Part shown: positions 62,187-64,000 of the stretch, one piece after another
How positions within the stretch are numbered: position 1 is the first letter of the stretch
Layout: the number at the start of each line of letters is the position of its first letter
From: Desulfatiglandales bacterium
Lineage (GTDB): Bacteria > Desulfobacterota > DSM-4660 > Desulfatiglandales > Desulfatiglandaceae
Reading direction: 5' to 3'
Assembly: GCA_963662465.1 (NCBI GenBank)
Contig: OY759599.1
Location: 6,784,001 to 6,848,000 of the forward strand
Length of the DNA stretch: 64,000 bases
Program-made: the position numbers and the translations under genes
The notes under the pieces: generated by a model
What the model saw: only the letters and a program-made list of their open reading frames with translations
Told to the model about the DNA's origin: nothing
Database searches by the model: none

Positions 62187-63512
62187 GTGTATTTTGGTGA
62201 GTTCCACGATAGATATTCTCCGTTATTTCAAACACATAGCAGAGTAGCGGCAAGAAAGTCTCTTCAATATTTTAAAGGCTTGGTCCAAGCAAAGAAAAAG
62301 AACATGGAGCGGATGGCCGAGGCTGTTCCTTTTTCAGATGATCAAGCTCTTCAACATTTTTTGACAAATTCTCGGTGGGATGAACAACTGATTGTCGACC
62401 AAATTGCGGCAGACGCAAACAATCATATTGGGGGAAAACAAGACAGCTGTTTGATCATTGATGAAACGGGGTTCCCCAAGAAAGGAGATAAGTCGGTTGG
62501 GGTTAAAAGGCAGTGGTGTGGGCAACTTGGGAAGGTAGACAATTGTCAGGTAGGCGTTTTTTCAGCGCTTGGGTGCAGGGAACACGCTACTCCTGTTGGC
62601 TTCAAATTGTACCTTCCGGAAGACTGGACTGATGATAAGGAAAGATGTAAAGCTGCTGGTATTCCAGATGAATCCATTGTTTTTTACAGCAAGCATGACC
62701 TTGCTTTCCAGCTGGTCCTTGAGGCCCGGAAACAGGGCATTCAATTCGGCTGGGTCGGTGCAGATGGTTTCTACGGGGAAAGCCCTGCCTTTTTACGGTC
62801 TTTGGATCAAATCAATGAAACCTTCATGATTGACGTTCATAAGAATCAACGTATTTATCTCGAAAACCCGGAGCCGGTAGTTCCACAGAGAAGATCAAAT
62901 AAAGGTCCAGAGCCGAAAAAGGCAAAAGCCCAAACAGAACCTGTCAGGGTCGATAAGTGGTCAGAACAACAGCCGGAAGATGCTTGGCAGAGAACGAATG
63001 TAAGAGACACGACCAAGGGAAAGCTTCAGGTCGACGTTCTGCATAGACGTGTATGGCTTTGGGACGGGGAGGAACTGGAGGCACATTGTTGGCACCTGAT
63101 TGTTCGGAGGGAGGTTGCTGGAAATAAAGTAAAATTTACTTTGAGCAATGCTCCAGAGAACACTTCGCTGGAACGTTTGATATTTATGCAGGCACAGCGC
63201 TACTGGATAGAGCGTTCATTTCAAGACGCAAAGGTTGAATGTGGTTTAGGGGAGTACCAGGTGCGAAAGTGGCGGAGTTGGCATCACCACATGGCAATGG
63301 TCATGATGGCAATGCTATTTTTATTAGAGCAACGCCTTTTATATAAAAGGGATATCCCCTTATTGAGTTGTTTTGACATTGTTTGCATTCTTTCATTTCT
63401 TTTACCCCAAAGAGCCTTCACAACGGATGAAGTTTTTCGGCAAATGGAAATTCGCCACAAAAAGCGTCAATCTGCAATTGACTCAGCATATCGTAAACAG
63501 CTCGCAGAATAA
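62187..63512 (+). CDS. IS701 family transposase
   Basis: IIDETGFPKKG..SVGV.RQWCG.LGK.DNCQ, ADGFYG, RYWIE..F..AK. Confidence 0.93.
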   Translation: MYFGEFHDRYSPLFQTHSRVAARKSLQYFKGLVQAKKKNMERMAEAVPFSDDQALQHFLTNSRWDEQLIVDQIAADANNHIGGKQDSCLIIDETGFPKKGDKSVGVKRQWCGQLGKVDNCQVGVFSALGCREHATPVGFKLYLPEDWTDDKERCKAAGIPDESIVFYSKHDLAFQLVLEARKQGIQFGWVGADGFYGESPAFLRSLDQINETFMIDVHKNQRIYLENPEPVVPQRRSNKGPEPKKAKAQTEPVRVDKWSEQQPEDAWQRTNVRDTTKGKLQVDVLHRRVWLWDGEELEAHCWHLIVRREVAGNKVKFTLSNAPENTSLERLIFMQAQRYWIERSFQDAKVECGLGEYQVRKWRSWHHHMAMVMMAMLFLLEQRLLYKRDIPLLSCFDIVCILSFLLPQRAFTTDEVFRQMEIRHKKRQSAIDSAYRKQLAE

Positions 63513-63535
63513 GCGGAAGGTTGGTTGTGGGAAAG

Positions 63536-63890
63536 CAGCAATTCTAATTACGGCTTTTGAGTTAAGCCGCAGTTTGTTTTTTTTGTTGCCATTCACGGGT
63601 AGCGAATTCACCTTATTCCCAGATTCTGTTCAGGAATAAGGGAAAAAACATTAGGCGCTGGATGTTATTGTAGGGGCAAGCCCCTGTGCCTGCCCTGCTG
63701 ATGCTGTCCAAACGCCTTAATAGAGGACAAGCAGGGTAACCACGGGGGGATTGCCCCTACGGCACGACATAAAACTGGATGTGTAATGAGATGTGTTTGT
63801 GGGAGCAACTTTCAGAACTACGAGAAATTGTGGAGGAATGCCGTCTGTACTGCGTTTTGCGATTAAACGACATCATAATGAGAATTGCTG
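63536..63890. mobile_element. 355 bp MITE nested in the IS701 right end, carrying a REP-like pair
   Basis: CAGCAATTCT...AGAATTGCTG; 9 bp TSD GTGGGAAAG; GTAGGGGCAAGCCCC...GGGGGATTGCCCCTAC. Confidence 0.88.
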
Positions 63891-64000
63891 GTGGGAAAGT
63901 GACAAAGTAGAATTAAGAACACAGGAGAAAAAAAAAGATATCACATCCATGAAAGTCATGTGCAACGAGCCATCAGGGATACCGTACGAAAGACAAAACT

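Larger units (their letters stand above)
61970..63912 (+). mobile_element. IS701 family insertion sequence
   Basis: IR TTCTACTTTGTCA/TGACAAAGTAGAA; TTAA duplicated. Confidence 0.92.
60714..64000 (+). pseudogene. intI: Long-form integron integrase disrupted by an IS701-family element; continues beyond the window
   Basis: STQNQA, LLYGCGLR, GKGKKDR, KKYKNAAKELAWQWVFP; resumes after the IS as KNTGEKKRYHIHESHVQRAI. Confidence 0.92.

Noticed and set aside
1..64000. CRISPR array, rRNA or tRNA genes
   Set aside because: No regularly spaced identical repeats with unique spacers and no recognisable structural RNA genes; the repeats present are attC sites, IRs or IS copies

Overview
The window looks like a deltaproteobacterial (Desulfobacterota-like) chromosome; this is inferred from gene content. 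It has three parts. (1) 1-9.7 kb: integron 1, with an intact intI (8731-9711), attI near 8511 and a minus-strand cassette array running off the left edge. The array holds two IS91-like HUH transposase cassettes, a lipoprotein + DUF4258 pair cassette, a class-E-like group II intron at a core-site crossover and an adenylate-cyclase/TPR gene. (2) 9.7-29.3 kb: housekeeping genes (uup-like ABC-F, fba, rsfS-nadD-proA-proB-obgE-rpmA-rplU, a NifB/NifX-NifU-Mrp cluster). (3) 29.4-64 kb: integron 2, whose long-form intI is split by an IS701-family element. Its array of about ten cassettes has been heavily invaded: three large IS21-like elements with ParB, zinc-finger, HTH or primase cargo (one with an IstA-DnaG fusion), a serine-recombinase element, two identical DDE IS copies, a CL-type intron with a MITE in its RT gene, and further MITEs. 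The best candidates for undescribed systems are the solo HUH-transposase gene cassettes shared by both integrons and the replication-module-bearing IS21-like family with C...G termini and a shared small regulator plus operator. Family names come from motif recognition by eye, not database searches.
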